DNA of 64,000 bases from Myxococcales bacterium (lineage in GTDB: Bacteria > Myxococcota_A > Polyangia > Polyangiales > DASUME01). The position numbers and the translations under genes are program-made. The stretch's first letter is position 1. Each line of letters opens with the position of its first letter. Shown here piece by piece: positions 1 through 9,129 of the stretch. The DNA is taken from NCBI GenBank assembly GCA_047601445.1, contig JASGJH010000001.1, forward strand, positions 3,232,001-3,296,000, read 5' to 3'. The notes beneath the pieces are model-generated. The model did not search any database and was not told where the DNA came from. It saw only the letters and a program-made list of their open reading frames with translations.

Positions 1-303
1 TCCAAAAACCCCAAGCGGGCCTGCACCTCACTCACCATGATCGGCACGTGTTACCTGGAGCGCGGGGACGCGCAGCAGGCCGTGACCTACTTCGAGCGTG
101 CCCTGAACAGTCCCACCATCTCGCCGCTCGAGGCCATGGCCTTGAACTACGAGATCGGGAACGCCCAGGAGCTGCTCGGACGCCTCGATGCCGCCCTGCT
201 CTCCTTCGAGCGCGTGGCTGGCCACGACCGCACCTTCCGCGGCGTCTCGGCGCGCATGGACGCCCTCAAGAAGCGCGGCGTCAGCGCCGCGGCCGCGCGC
301 TGA
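1..303 (+). CDS. TPR-repeat protein, C-terminal part (5' truncated by window)
   Basis: Frame is open from base 1; TPR-like helices MIGTCYLERGDAQQAVTYFERAL and YEIGNAQELLGRLDAALLSFERV. Confidence 0.8.
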   Translation, partial: SKNPKRACTSLTMIGTCYLERGDAQQAVTYFERALNSPTISPLEAMALNYEIGNAQELLGRLDAALLSFERVAGHDRTFRGVSARMDALKKRGVSAAAAR

Positions 304-325
304 CGCGCACCGGAATTGGGGCCCC

Positions 326-925
326 CTAGAGGCCGAAGATCTTGATGTCGGTCTCGTAGCGCAGCGCCAAGTCGGCGAAGCATTCCCTGAATTCGTTGCC
401 GGTGACGCAGCGCAGCTGGGCGCACTCCTCGGTGTCGTCGGCGTACTGCTGGGAGACCTCGAGCAGGGTCTTCTGGCAGGTGACCGTCAGGGCGTTGGGA
501 TCGAGACTTCGGTCACAGGCGAACAGAAGATTGCTCAGGTCCCCGCAGTACTCTTCCTGGTCTGGTGTCAGCTTGTGGCTGGCCAACTCGCGGTGGACGC
601 AGGCGTCGAGGTTGCAGTCTGCACCCAAGCAGACGTCTTCTCCCCGGTTGTCCAGCTCGGTAGCCCATTCGTCACAGGCGAGGCTGCCGTCGGTGACGCA
701 CTTGGCCTTGAGCTGATAGTAGAGGTCCGAGCGGAACTCTTGCTGGCTACAGCGCTGGTCGCAATCAGCCACGTCGGTGTCGCGGAGGCACATGTCACGC
801 CGCTCGCAGACGTTGCGACACTCCTTCACCCGAACGGTCTCCTCGTCTCCGCTGTCGCAGCCGGCGAGGGCGAACAGCAGCAGTCCCAGGCCCAGGTCGA
901 CGGTTTGGCGCATTCTGAAAGTCAT
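326..925 (-). CDS. Cys-rich putative lipoprotein
   Basis: Lipobox LAGC after a hydrophobic stretch; repeated CxxxC motifs; start may be 913. Confidence 0.75.
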   Translation of the reverse strand: MTFRMRQTVDLGLGLLLFALAGCDSGDEETVRVKECRNVCERRDMCLRDTDVADCDQRCSQQEFRSDLYYQLKAKCVTDGSLACDEWATELDNRGEDVCLGADCNLDACVHRELASHKLTPDQEEYCGDLSNLLFACDRSLDPNALTVTCQKTLLEVSQQYADDTEECAQLRCVTGNEFRECFADLALRYETDIKIFGL

Positions 926-1056
926 CTACTCCACCCAATCTGCCCCACGCTCGAACCGGCGCTCGGCAAGCGTGGCCAGCCTAACGCCGTATCACCCAGC
1001 CCCAAGAACAGACAAAATTCCGGCATGAAAGTCCGGGATCGGACCTGGCCAGGGAT

Positions 1057-1084
1057 TTGACGGCGGGCCCCCCCGCGCTACGCT
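1057..1084 (+). promoter_or_regulatory. Putative sigma70-type promoter of tRNA-Gly
   Basis: TTGACG-N16-TACGCT about 25 nt upstream of the tRNA. Confidence 0.55.
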
Positions 1085-1108
1085 GACGATTCGTCGCAAG
1101 GCGAGGTT

Positions 1109-1184
<76 letters not shown>

Positions 1185-1200
1185 GAGTCCGAACAAAGAT

Positions 1201-1237
1201 GAAGCGCCCGGATGAGAACCTTCTCACCGGGCGTTTC
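1201..1237 (+). terminator. Hairpin after tRNA-Gly, probable terminator
   Basis: GAAGCGCCCGG-A-TGAGAA-CC-TTCTCA-CCGGGCGTTTC inverted repeat. Confidence 0.6.
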
Positions 1238-1754
1238 TGCATTCGGGCATCAGACCTCACGACCACGGCTCGTGCGCGTCATGCGTCGCTGCGACCTGCA
1301 CGACGTGACTTGGCTAGCCCGCGACACGCGCAAATCGGCGCAAACGAATCTTCGTTACGCAGATGCGTGGCGAAGCGACACAACGACCCGTCGAACGTCG
1401 CATTTCGCCACGCTCATTGTCCTCAACTCGCATAGCGCATGACAGCTAATGCGGAGTCTGCTCCGCTGTTACAGACGTTCGTGCATCCACGTTCGAGTCA
1501 ACGTTACGACGTTGTGCAGCTCCAAACACAGCACGCATCGAGACGCGTCGACACCTTGAAAAACGTTCTAGCACGCTGCTTTTTCGCGCATTTGGGGAGC
1601 TTGAAAGCTTTCCAAACCAAACTCGTCGTTGTATGAGCGAACACTAGGAACGGCTGTTCGCGTTACTGCACGGCAACGTTCTCCTGCGCATGTCCGACTA
1701 ACTTTCGCGCAACGCACCACGTCACACCGCGCTCGCGCGTTCGAGAGGAAGCCC

Positions 1755-2285
1755 ATGGCCGCGAAGAAGAAGACCACCAAACCTTATGGCAACAAGACGA
1801 AGTTCGTCATGGGTCTGCCGCGAGAGCTGTCTGCGAAGCAAGTCGTAGAGAAGGCCAAGCAGCAGGGCATCACGATCACCGAAGCGCACGTCTACAAGAT
1901 TCGCTCCACGGCCAAGAGCAAGCCCGCTGCCAAGCCCGCGAAGGGCGGTCGCTCTTCCGGCAAGGCCGCCGCGAGCGTTGGCTCCGACGGACTCTCCAAG
2001 CGCGAGTTCGTGCTCAGCTTCGGACCCGAGACGCCCGCATCCGAGATCCTCAAGAAGGCCAAGGAAGCAGGACTCGGTCTTTCCAAGGCCTACCTCTACA
2101 CGATTCGCAGCTCGAGCGGCGCGACGCAAAAGCGCGGCGCCAGCGCGGGCCGTGCTGCAGGTGCGCGTCGCGGCTCCGTGTCGTCGCTCGAGAGCCAGTT
2201 CATCGATGCCGCCATCGACATGGGCCTGGCCAAGGCCGGCGAGCTCCTGGAGCGCCTGCGCGCTCGCCTCAAGGAAGGCCTCTGA
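1755..2285 (+). CDS. Basic protein with a duplicated ~39-aa domain; putative DNA-binding or nucleoid protein
   Basis: SD-like GAGGAA before ATG 1755; repeats NKTKFV...HVYKIRS and SKREFV...YLYTIRS; Lys/Ala-rich linkers. Confidence 0.75.
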   Translation: MAAKKKTTKPYGNKTKFVMGLPRELSAKQVVEKAKQQGITITEAHVYKIRSTAKSKPAAKPAKGGRSSGKAAASVGSDGLSKREFVLSFGPETPASEILKKAKEAGLGLSKAYLYTIRSSSGATQKRGASAGRAAGARRGSVSSLESQFIDAAIDMGLAKAGELLERLRARLKEGL

Positions 2286-2292
2286 AGAAGCC

Positions 2293-3789
2293 TCAGCTGG
2301 CCAGGTAGCGTCGCTCGACGTGCCGCTTGAATGCGGCAGTCCCGAGCTCCTGGCCGCTCGCTCCTTCGATGAGCTCCGCCGTCTCGAGCGTGCTCGCCTT
2401 GCTCCACACGCGCTCGCCCAAAAATTGGTTGAGCGGTCCCATCTCGCCGCGCGCGATGTCGGACTCCAATGTGGGCAGCGCGAGCGTCGCAGCTTCGAAC
2501 AACTGCGCCGCGATGAGCGCGCCAAGCGTGTAACTCGGGAAGTAGCCAAAGGCCCCGGAGGGCCAGTGCACATCCTGCATGCAGCCGTCGCGGTAGTTCC
2601 CGCGCGTGGAGAGGCCCAAGCTGCGCTGCATGCTCTCGTCCCACACGCCCGGAATGTCGCGCGGCTCGAGCTGCCCCTCGATCAATGCGCGCTCGAGCCG
2701 ATAGCGCAGGATCACGTGTAGCGGATAGGTAACCTCGTCGGCGTCCACGCGGATGAAGCCGGGCTTCACGCGGATGTAGAGCCGGAACAGACTCTCGGGC
2801 TCGAAGGCCTGTGGGGTCTTGCGCGCGGCCTCTCCGAAGATGCGCGCGAGAATGGGACCGGCAAAGCGTAGGAAGGGAAGCCCGCGGCAGATCTGCATCT
2901 CCTGGAACAGGCTCTGACTCTCGTGCACGCCCATGCTGCGGGCCTGACCCACGGGCAACCCATCGAGCTCACGCGGCAGGCCCTGTTCGTACTTGGCGTG
3001 TCCGGTCTCGTGCAGCACGCCCATCAGGGATTCGGTAAAGTCTTCCTCGTTGTAGCGGGTGGTGATTCGAACGTCGCTCGGCACGCCTCCGCAGAACGGA
3101 TGATGACTGGTGTCCAGGCGTCCGTGCTGAAAGTCGAAGCCCAGCGCGGCCATCAGCTCGAGCCCGGCGGCCCGCTGGCGCTCGATTGGGAAGGGCCCCT
3201 CGGCGCGCGGAGTGGACTGGCCGGCCTGGCGCTCAACGATCTCGCGGATGCGCTCGGGCAGCCAACTCGATAGGTCCTCGAACAATCCGTCGATGACCTC
3301 GCTGCGCATGCCCGGCTCGAAGGCGTCCATCAGGGCGTCGTAGGGAGACAGCCCGAGCTTCTGGGCGAGGATGCTGGCCTCCTCGCGCTTGAGACGCACC
3401 ACTTCGCTCAAGAGAGGAAGGTGGCCCTCCCAATCCTGATTCTTGCGTTGGCTACGCCAGGCTTGCTCGCAGCGCAGTTGGGCTCGGCTCTGGGCTTCGA
3501 CCAGCTCCGAAGGCAGCGCGGTCGCCCGCGTGTGGGCGCGACGCACCTCGCGCAGGTTGGCGCGCCCGAGGGCGTCGAGTGTCTCGCGCTCCGCCGCCGC
3601 CAGCCAGGTCGCGATCCGGGGGTCACTGGCGCCTTGATGGATGAGCCCCTCCAGGCTGGCCATGGCGTCCGCCCGTGCATCACCCGCCCCGGGGGGCATC
3701 ATCACGGCTTCGTCCCAGCCCACGATGCGAGACACGTGAACGAGCTGATTTAGCTTGCGATAGTGTGAGGTTAGGTCGTGGTAGGTCAC
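2293..3789 (-). CDS. M32 family carboxypeptidase (carboxypeptidase Taq-like)
   Basis: HPFC, DVRITTRY, HETGH, HESQ, IRVDADE, QDVHW and GYFPSY motifs. Confidence 0.95.
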   Translation of the reverse strand: MTYHDLTSHYRKLNQLVHVSRIVGWDEAVMMPPGAGDARADAMASLEGLIHQGASDPRIATWLAAAERETLDALGRANLREVRRAHTRATALPSELVEAQSRAQLRCEQAWRSQRKNQDWEGHLPLLSEVVRLKREEASILAQKLGLSPYDALMDAFEPGMRSEVIDGLFEDLSSWLPERIREIVERQAGQSTPRAEGPFPIERQRAAGLELMAALGFDFQHGRLDTSHHPFCGGVPSDVRITTRYNEEDFTESLMGVLHETGHAKYEQGLPRELDGLPVGQARSMGVHESQSLFQEMQICRGLPFLRFAGPILARIFGEAARKTPQAFEPESLFRLYIRVKPGFIRVDADEVTYPLHVILRYRLERALIEGQLEPRDIPGVWDESMQRSLGLSTRGNYRDGCMQDVHWPSGAFGYFPSYTLGALIAAQLFEAATLALPTLESDIARGEMGPLNQFLGERVWSKASTLETAELIEGASGQELGTAAFKRHVERRYLAS

Positions 3790-3974
3790 GGACGGGGCCC
3801 CTTTCAGGCGATTTCAGGCGATGTGCGGTGGGCGGTCTGGGCACGCAATGGATGGAGATCCACAGAAAAGCCCATGATAACCTAGCCGGCGGCAGGCCAA
3901 ATCCCGCGCCCATGCGTCGAATATGGGAATCCGCCCCGCCCTACCTCAACCCTCGCCCGGTCCGTACCCCGCCG

Positions 3975-4658
3975 ATGCCTCCGAATTTCTTCCCTCCTCC
4001 GTTGACTGCGGCCGAACGGCGCGCACGCGACGCCGACGTGCTGGTGGCAGCCGCACGTGAGGGAGACCCGCAGGCTTTCGACGCGCTGGTGCGCCGCTTC
4101 CGCCCTCGCATCTACGCGCTGGCCTTGCACCTGAGCGGTAGCGCCAGCGACGCCGACGACATCACGCAGGACGTGTTCGTCAACGCTTACCGTCACATCA
4201 GGCACTTCGAGGGACGCAGTCACTTCTTCACCTGGCTCTATCGCATCGCGATGAACCGCGCGCTCAACGCCGAGCGCCAACGCGGCAAGCGCGCCAACGT
4301 TCCGTTCGACGACGTGCGCGTCGAGGTCGCCATGCGCGTGGACGCCCCGAGCGATCCGCGCCTCGCGCTCGAGCTGCGCGAGACCTACGCTGCCCTGCTG
4401 CGTGGGCTGGACGAGCTCTCGCCCGGGCTCAAGAGTGCCGTCGTCCTGGTTTCGCTGCAGGGCTTCTCCCACGAAGAAGCTGCGGTGGTGCTCGGTACCA
4501 CGGAGAACGCGCTCGCGGTACGCATGCACGAGGCGCGCAAGCAGCTGCGAGCCGCGCTCGAGGCGGGCCAGCGTCGTCGCGCCACGGGCAAGGCCGCCGA
4601 GCGGCGCGAGGGCGGGTTCAACCTCGAACTCGCCCTCACGCTGGCTGGCATCATCTAA
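3975..4658 (+). CDS. ECF-type RNA polymerase sigma factor
   Basis: Region 2 DADDITQDVF...FFTWLYRIAMN; region 4 GFSHEEAAVVLG; start uncertain. Confidence 0.9.
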   Translation: MPPNFFPPPLTAAERRARDADVLVAAAREGDPQAFDALVRRFRPRIYALALHLSGSASDADDITQDVFVNAYRHIRHFEGRSHFFTWLYRIAMNRALNAERQRGKRANVPFDDVRVEVAMRVDAPSDPRLALELRETYAALLRGLDELSPGLKSAVVLVSLQGFSHEEAAVVLGTTENALAVRMHEARKQLRAALEAGQRRRATGKAAERREGGFNLELALTLAGII

Positions 4659-4694
4659 CGCTGGCCCTCGCGACGCACCGAGCTTGCGCGGGTA

Positions 4695-6029
4695 TCACTT
4701 TCCGAGTTGTCGCTCGAGGAACTCGATTTGCCGCGCCCGCGAAGCACCGGGCGGCGCGTACTTCTCGGCCTTGCGGTAGAGCGTGAGCGCCTGCGCGGTC
4801 TGGCCAAGGCGCGAAATCTCCCCCGCCCAACGCCGATAAAAATCGAAGCGCACGGGCGTCAGCGTCAGCGCACACCACAACGAAGCGCAGGCCACCACGG
4901 CCGAGAGCGCCCAGCGCTCTGGGGCGCCTGCCTCTGAACGCACATGGCGCCCCGCGAGCACGGCTACGAGCCAGAGTGACGTGGCGCCACAGGCCACGAT
5001 GGCACCCGGCAGATCGAGCCCGACCCCGCACGCCAGCATGAGCCCGCTCAAGGCCACCGCGTACAGCCACCAGGGCGCAGCCGGCCCGTTCTCATCGACC
5101 AATAGACGGCCGAGCGGTAACAGCGCGCGCGCGAGTCGGCGCGTCGGCCACGCCAACCACGCGCTCGGCGCGAGCAACACGCAGCTCACCCAGAGCATGT
5201 AGTAGCTGAACCAACCGATCTCGAAGACCCCGGTCAGCTCGGTCCCGAGGTGGAATGCCACGGCCGCCGCGAGGCCCACGCCACAGATCCATGCACGCGG
5301 CCCGCGCACACCCGCTTGGTCGCGCCCGGGTGAGACCGCGTAGGCCAGCGCCACCACGAGCTGCAACACGAGCAGAGACAGGGAGAACCAGGCCAGGATC
5401 CGCTGGGCAGGCATCTCGAGCAGCGAGCTCGCCCAATCCCTCAGCTGGGCCACGGGGTTCTGGGCGCCCTCCTTGCCGGCCGGGATGAGCCTCGCCAACA
5501 CGGCGCCGCTGCGCCACTCGGGCGAGCTCTTGGAGACCGCGGTGAAGCTGTAGACGATGGCACAGCTGAACGCGGTGAGCGTGAGCCCGACCGCTCGCAC
5601 CGGGGCTGGCTGATCCTCGACCAGTTCGTGGCTCGCCGGCTCCGGGACGAAGGCGGCCCAGAGCAGCAGCCAGGAGAGCAGGTAATGATGCTGGTAGCTG
5701 TCGTGGAGGCTGATCGCCCAGGAGAACGTGTAGAGCCCGGCCAGCAAGAGGCGCGCCGGGCGCGAAGCCCGCACGAACGTCAGGATCAGCGAAAGCAAGC
5801 CGGCGCAGATGAGTAGCCCCACGTAGAGTGCCGGCGAAGGCACTCCGACCAGGGCGTCGAGCCAGGAAAAGTGCGCGACGTTGAAGTCGCCGGCGCCGTA
5901 GCGACCGCCGTGCTCGAGCATCACGAGCCAGGCATCGAAGGCCAAGAGCAGATAGAGCCCACGCCGCAGCAGGAACGCTCGCGCAGGGTGATAGAGCGCA
6001 ACGAAAGGAGCTTCGAGCCGGAACGACAT
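4695..6029 (-). CDS. HTTM-domain membrane protein (vitamin-K-dependent gamma-carboxylase-like) with C-terminal TPR-like helix
   Basis: YQHHYLL, IVYSFTAVSKSSPEWRSG and FHLGTELTGVFEIGWFSYYML motifs; many TM segments. Confidence 0.8.
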   Translation of the reverse strand: MSFRLEAPFVALYHPARAFLLRRGLYLLLAFDAWLVMLEHGGRYGAGDFNVAHFSWLDALVGVPSPALYVGLLICAGLLSLILTFVRASRPARLLLAGLYTFSWAISLHDSYQHHYLLSWLLLWAAFVPEPASHELVEDQPAPVRAVGLTLTAFSCAIVYSFTAVSKSSPEWRSGAVLARLIPAGKEGAQNPVAQLRDWASSLLEMPAQRILAWFSLSLLVLQLVVALAYAVSPGRDQAGVRGPRAWICGVGLAAAVAFHLGTELTGVFEIGWFSYYMLWVSCVLLAPSAWLAWPTRRLARALLPLGRLLVDENGPAAPWWLYAVALSGLMLACGVGLDLPGAIVACGATSLWLVAVLAGRHVRSEAGAPERWALSAVVACASLWCALTLTPVRFDFYRRWAGEISRLGQTAQALTLYRKAEKYAPPGASRARQIEFLERQLGK

Positions 6030-6031
6030 GG

Positions 6032-6445
6032 CTACGGAATCTCCTGCTGGCGCAAGACTTGGCTGGCGCAGGCGTACTCGTAGACCTCGCGCTCGTAGAT
6101 GCGCGAGTCGTCGACGCCTTCACAGCGTCGCTCGAGCGTGACCTGCGACACGCTTGGGCTGCAGCGGCTGCTCAGGAAGCGCTCGATGACGCGCTCGCGG
6201 CCGCGCTCGATGGCGTGGACCCAGCTTCCATGGAGAGCGCCGCGCAGCGGAACGCTGCGGTTGCGCAGCTGCTCACCATGCTCGCGGGCACTCACCGAAC
6301 AGTGCTTGAGGCGCACACCCGAGAACATGCGCCAGGCAAAGCGCTCGTCATCCAGGTTGGCGCTGCGCAGGTAATAGCTAGCGGGGATCGCGATCTGCAG
6401 CGCGACCACCAACCACCACCACGCATAACGACGGTCGGCCGCCAC
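6032..6445 (-). CDS. Small membrane-anchored partner of the HTTM protein
   Basis: One N-terminal TM then RFAWRMFS; ends 2 nt before the HTTM start. Confidence 0.7.
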   Translation of the reverse strand: MAADRRYAWWWLVVALQIAIPASYYLRSANLDDERFAWRMFSGVRLKHCSVSAREHGEQLRNRSVPLRGALHGSWVHAIERGRERVIERFLSSRCSPSVSQVTLERRCEGVDDSRIYEREVYEYACASQVLRQQEIP

Positions 6446-6522
6446 TGGCTACACCGCGGCCGGATCGTCGCACTCGAAGGGGCGAACGGAGGGCTCGCGC
6501 CAACCGTCCGCCCTGCGCCAGC

Positions 6523-7620
6523 TCACTTCTTCTTGCCAGGCTTGGCGGACTTCTTGGCAGCCGCGGGAGCCACAGACTTCTTGGCAGCCGCGGGAGCCAC
6601 GGACTTCTTGGCAGCTGCGGGAGCCAGCGACTTCTTGGCAGCCGCGGGAGCCGGCATGGACTTCTTGCCGGTGGGCGCCTTCTTGGCCGGAGCCGGAGCT
6701 GTCTTCTTGGAAGGTGCGGGGACTGGGGCCTTCTTGGCCGGAGCAGCAGCCTTGGGCGCTGCCTTCTTGGCGGGGGCAGGCGCGGCAGCCTTGGCCTTGG
6801 GCGCCGGTGCACCAGCTTTGCCCTTGGGCGCCGGTGCAGCTTTGCCCTTGGGCGCCGGTGCAGCTTTGCCCTTGGGCGCCGGTGCAGCAGCCTTGGCAGC
6901 GGGTGCAGCCTTGCCCTTGGGCGCCGGTGCAGCCTTGGCCTTGGCAGCGGGTGCAGCCTTGGCAGCGGGTGCAGCCTTGGCAGCGGGTGCAGCCTTGGCA
7001 GCGGGTACAGCCTTGGCAGCGGGTGCAGCAGCCTTGGCCTTCGCGGGCTTCTCGACCTTCGCGGGCTTCTCGGCCTTCTTTGGCTCAGGAGCCTTCGGCA
7101 GCTCAACGACCTTCTCGGCCTTGGCCTTCTTGCCCTTGGCAGCCTTGGGCTCCGCCGGCGCAACCGCCTCGACAGCCTTGGGCGCCTTCTCCTTCTTCTT
7201 GGGAGTTCCCTTCAACGTGGAGGGAACGGGACCTTCGACGGGCGTCACGGCTGGACCGGAGGCGGCTGCCGCGTAGTCCTGCGCGGGCGGCTCTTCCTCG
7301 TCATCCGCGGAGAATTTCGCCTCGAACTCGTCTTCTTCGACGATGCCACCACCGCCGCCTTCGCCATCGGCGGACTCGATGAAGGTACCCGGGTCGTCGT
7401 CCTCTTCGTCGTCGCCCCAGTAACCGCGCTCGTCGAGGGGCTCGTCGTCCTCGTCGCCGTAGTCGTCGGAATCGCCCTCTTCTTCGCCTTCCATGTCGTC
7501 CATGCGGCGTCTCGGGGGGGGGCCCTGCTCGTCCGAATACGCGCCATGCAGCTCTGAGCCTTCAGACATCGCACCAAACTCTGTCTCGCCGAACTCTGAC
7601 TCGCCGAGCTTCGAACTCAT
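6523..7620 (-). CDS. Protein with acidic N-terminal half and histone-H1-like Lys/Ala/Pro C-terminal half
   Basis: SD GGAGG before ATG 7620 (alternative GTG 7650); D/E-rich first ~115 aa, then PAAKA-type repeats. Confidence 0.85.
   Translation of the reverse strand: MSSKLGESEFGETEFGAMSEGSELHGAYSDEQGPPPRRRMDDMEGEEEGDSDDYGDEDDEPLDERGYWGDDEEDDDPGTFIESADGEGGGGGIVEEDEFEAKFSADDEEEPPAQDYAAAASGPAVTPVEGPVPSTLKGTPKKKEKAPKAVEAVAPAEPKAAKGKKAKAEKVVELPKAPEPKKAEKPAKVEKPAKAKAAAPAAKAVPAAKAAPAAKAAPAAKAAPAAKAKAAPAPKGKAAPAAKAAAPAPKGKAAPAPKGKAAPAPKGKAGAPAPKAKAAAPAPAKKAAPKAAAPAKKAPVPAPSKKTAPAPAKKAPTGKKSMPAPAAAKKSLAPAAAKKSVAPAAAKKSVAPAAAKKSAKPGKKK
6541..7040 (-). repeat. Coding tandem repeats: 18-nt APAAKA, 24-nt APAPKGKA and 27-nt KKSVAPAAA units
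   Basis: Visible repeats such as GCAGCCTTGGCAGCGGGT and GACTTCTTGGCAGCCGCGGGAGCC. Confidence 0.9.
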
Positions 7621-7926
7621 GGCTTCCTCCGTACGCAGTGCTTCGGTCACACCCCTCCTCCTTGCGATCAAACGTCGGCGGACTGTGTGCTCACATGGGA
7701 TACGAGCACAAACGAGGCATGGCTGAAAGTCTCTTGCGTTGCTCCTTAGCGATTTTCAGACACTGCGCCACACTGCTTCGCTCAGTTTTCGTCACGTGGC
7801 ATGCCCGCATGCATTCGCTTCGGCAGGTGGACCGCGCGCTCGAATTCGTGAGTTTTCCCGGAATCCGCGGGCGGATCACCCTCTGGTCCGCGCGCGGTTC
7901 CCCGCACGAGAGACGATCTGACAGCC

Positions 7927-8469
7927 ATGTACGTAGCCCCGTTCGACATGCCCCTGCAGGAGATCCGGAGTGAGCTCGATCGCCTGCGAACGCCCCTTCG
8001 GATCGCCGTCCAACGCTCGAAAAATCCGTTCAACGTGGGGGCCATCATCCGGGTGGCCCACTCGTTCCTGGTGCGCGAGATCGTGCTGATCGGCGAGGAG
8101 CCCTACTACGAGCGGGCCTCGATGGGCATGGAGAAGTACGAGAACATCACGCTCGTCCCCGACGAACAGACCTTCCTGGAACAGGCGCGAGCGCAAGCCT
8201 GGCGTCTGGTCGCCATCGAAAAGGACCACCCGAAGGTCCAGGGCCTGTGGGACTACAGCTTTCCCACCGAGGATTGCGTGCTGGTGTTCGGCAGCGAGAA
8301 CCACGGGCTGACCCCCGAGATCCTCGCCGCCTCGGAGGCCGTGGTGGCGATCCCGATGTTCGGGATCAACCACAGCTACCCGGTCTCGGTGGCCGCCGGC
8401 ATCACGATGGCGGAGTGGTCACGGAGGTACTGGTCCGGGTCGCGACTGATCACGGGTGGGAGGCCGTGA
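7927..8469 (+). CDS. TrmH/SpoU family RNA 2'-O-methyltransferase
   Basis: NPFNVGAIIR, LVFGSENHGL and IPMFGINHSYPVSVAAGI SPOUT motifs. Confidence 0.92.
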   Translation: MYVAPFDMPLQEIRSELDRLRTPLRIAVQRSKNPFNVGAIIRVAHSFLVREIVLIGEEPYYERASMGMEKYENITLVPDEQTFLEQARAQAWRLVAIEKDHPKVQGLWDYSFPTEDCVLVFGSENHGLTPEILAASEAVVAIPMFGINHSYPVSVAAGITMAEWSRRYWSGSRLITGGRP

Positions 8470-8491
8470 GCGTCAAAGGCTCATTCCTTCC

Positions 8492-8519
8492 TTGCCAAAC
8501 ATGGCGCCACCACTACACT
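8492..8519 (+). promoter_or_regulatory. Putative promoter of tRNA-His
   Basis: TTGCCA-N16-TACACT followed by a GC-rich discriminator. Confidence 0.6.
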
Positions 8520-8533
8520 CCGCCCTCACTTTT

Positions 8534-8609
8534 GGTGGGTGTAGCTCAGTGGCAGAGCACTGGATTGTGGCTCCGGGTGTCGCGGGTTCAATTCCCGTCA
8601 TCCACCCCA
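8534..8609 (+). tRNA. tRNA-His(GTG)
   Basis: G-1:C73 pair; anticodon loop TT-GTG-GC; GGTTCAATTCC T-arm; encoded CCA. Confidence 0.96.
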
Positions 8610-8640
8610 AATGTGACGGTAGCGGCAGCGCTATCGTCGG

Positions 8641-8668
8641 TTGACAGCAAAAGAATCTGGAGTAAAAG
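8641..8668 (+). promoter_or_regulatory. Putative promoter of tRNA-Arg/tRNA-Lys
   Basis: Perfect TTGACA-N16-TAAAAG, just after hairpin GACGGTAGCG-GCAG-CGCTATCGTC. Confidence 0.55.
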
Positions 8669-8742
8669 CCGGCCGCTCGGCTCTCTGTGACAGCTCGATG
8701 AAAATCGGGTGTTGGCACAGCCTGCTAGCTCGGTCGCGGTAA

Positions 8743-8816
8743 GCGCCCGTAGCTCAGCTGGATAGAGCATCGGACTTCGAATCCGAGGGTCGTAGGTTCG
8801 AATCCTGCCGGGCGCG
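8743..8816 (+). tRNA. tRNA-Arg(TCG)
   Basis: Acceptor GCGCCCG/CGGGCGC; anticodon arm TCGGA-CTTCGAA-TCCGA; CCA not encoded. Confidence 0.96.
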
Positions 8817-8837
8817 CTGGTTGTAACTCTGGTTCAC

Positions 8838-8910
<73 letters not shown>

Positions 8911-8920
8911 CTAAGCTCGA

Positions 8921-8958
8921 GAGAGGCTCCGCCTGCAGGCGGGGCCTCTTTCGTTTTT
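8921..8958 (+). terminator. Intrinsic terminator after the tRNA pair
   Basis: GAGAGGCTCCGCC-TGCA-GGCGGGGCCTCTT followed by a T-rich tract. Confidence 0.8.
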
Positions 8959-9129
8959 GGCTCTCCTCACGCCGCGTGCATCGCGTCCGAGTGGACATCG
9001 ATCACGATCGCGGCGCGGACAAGCAAGAAACCAAGCGTCGCGGCGACCGGTGTCGCGCAAACGACGACGCCCACGGCGAGCGTGGGCGTCCTGAAGGGCA
9101 CGACGGGCCTCGCGCCGGTCCTGCCTGCC

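Noticed and set aside
6059..7382. Plus-strand ORFs with AAGA and QPWQRV repeats
   Set aside because: Antisense shadows of the K/A/P repeat gene, which has a good SD and typical codon usage.
7797..7813. Sigma54 promoter TGGCATG...TGCA (also TGGCAC near 8713)
   Set aside because: GG-to-GC spacing is 11 and 8 nt rather than the required 10.
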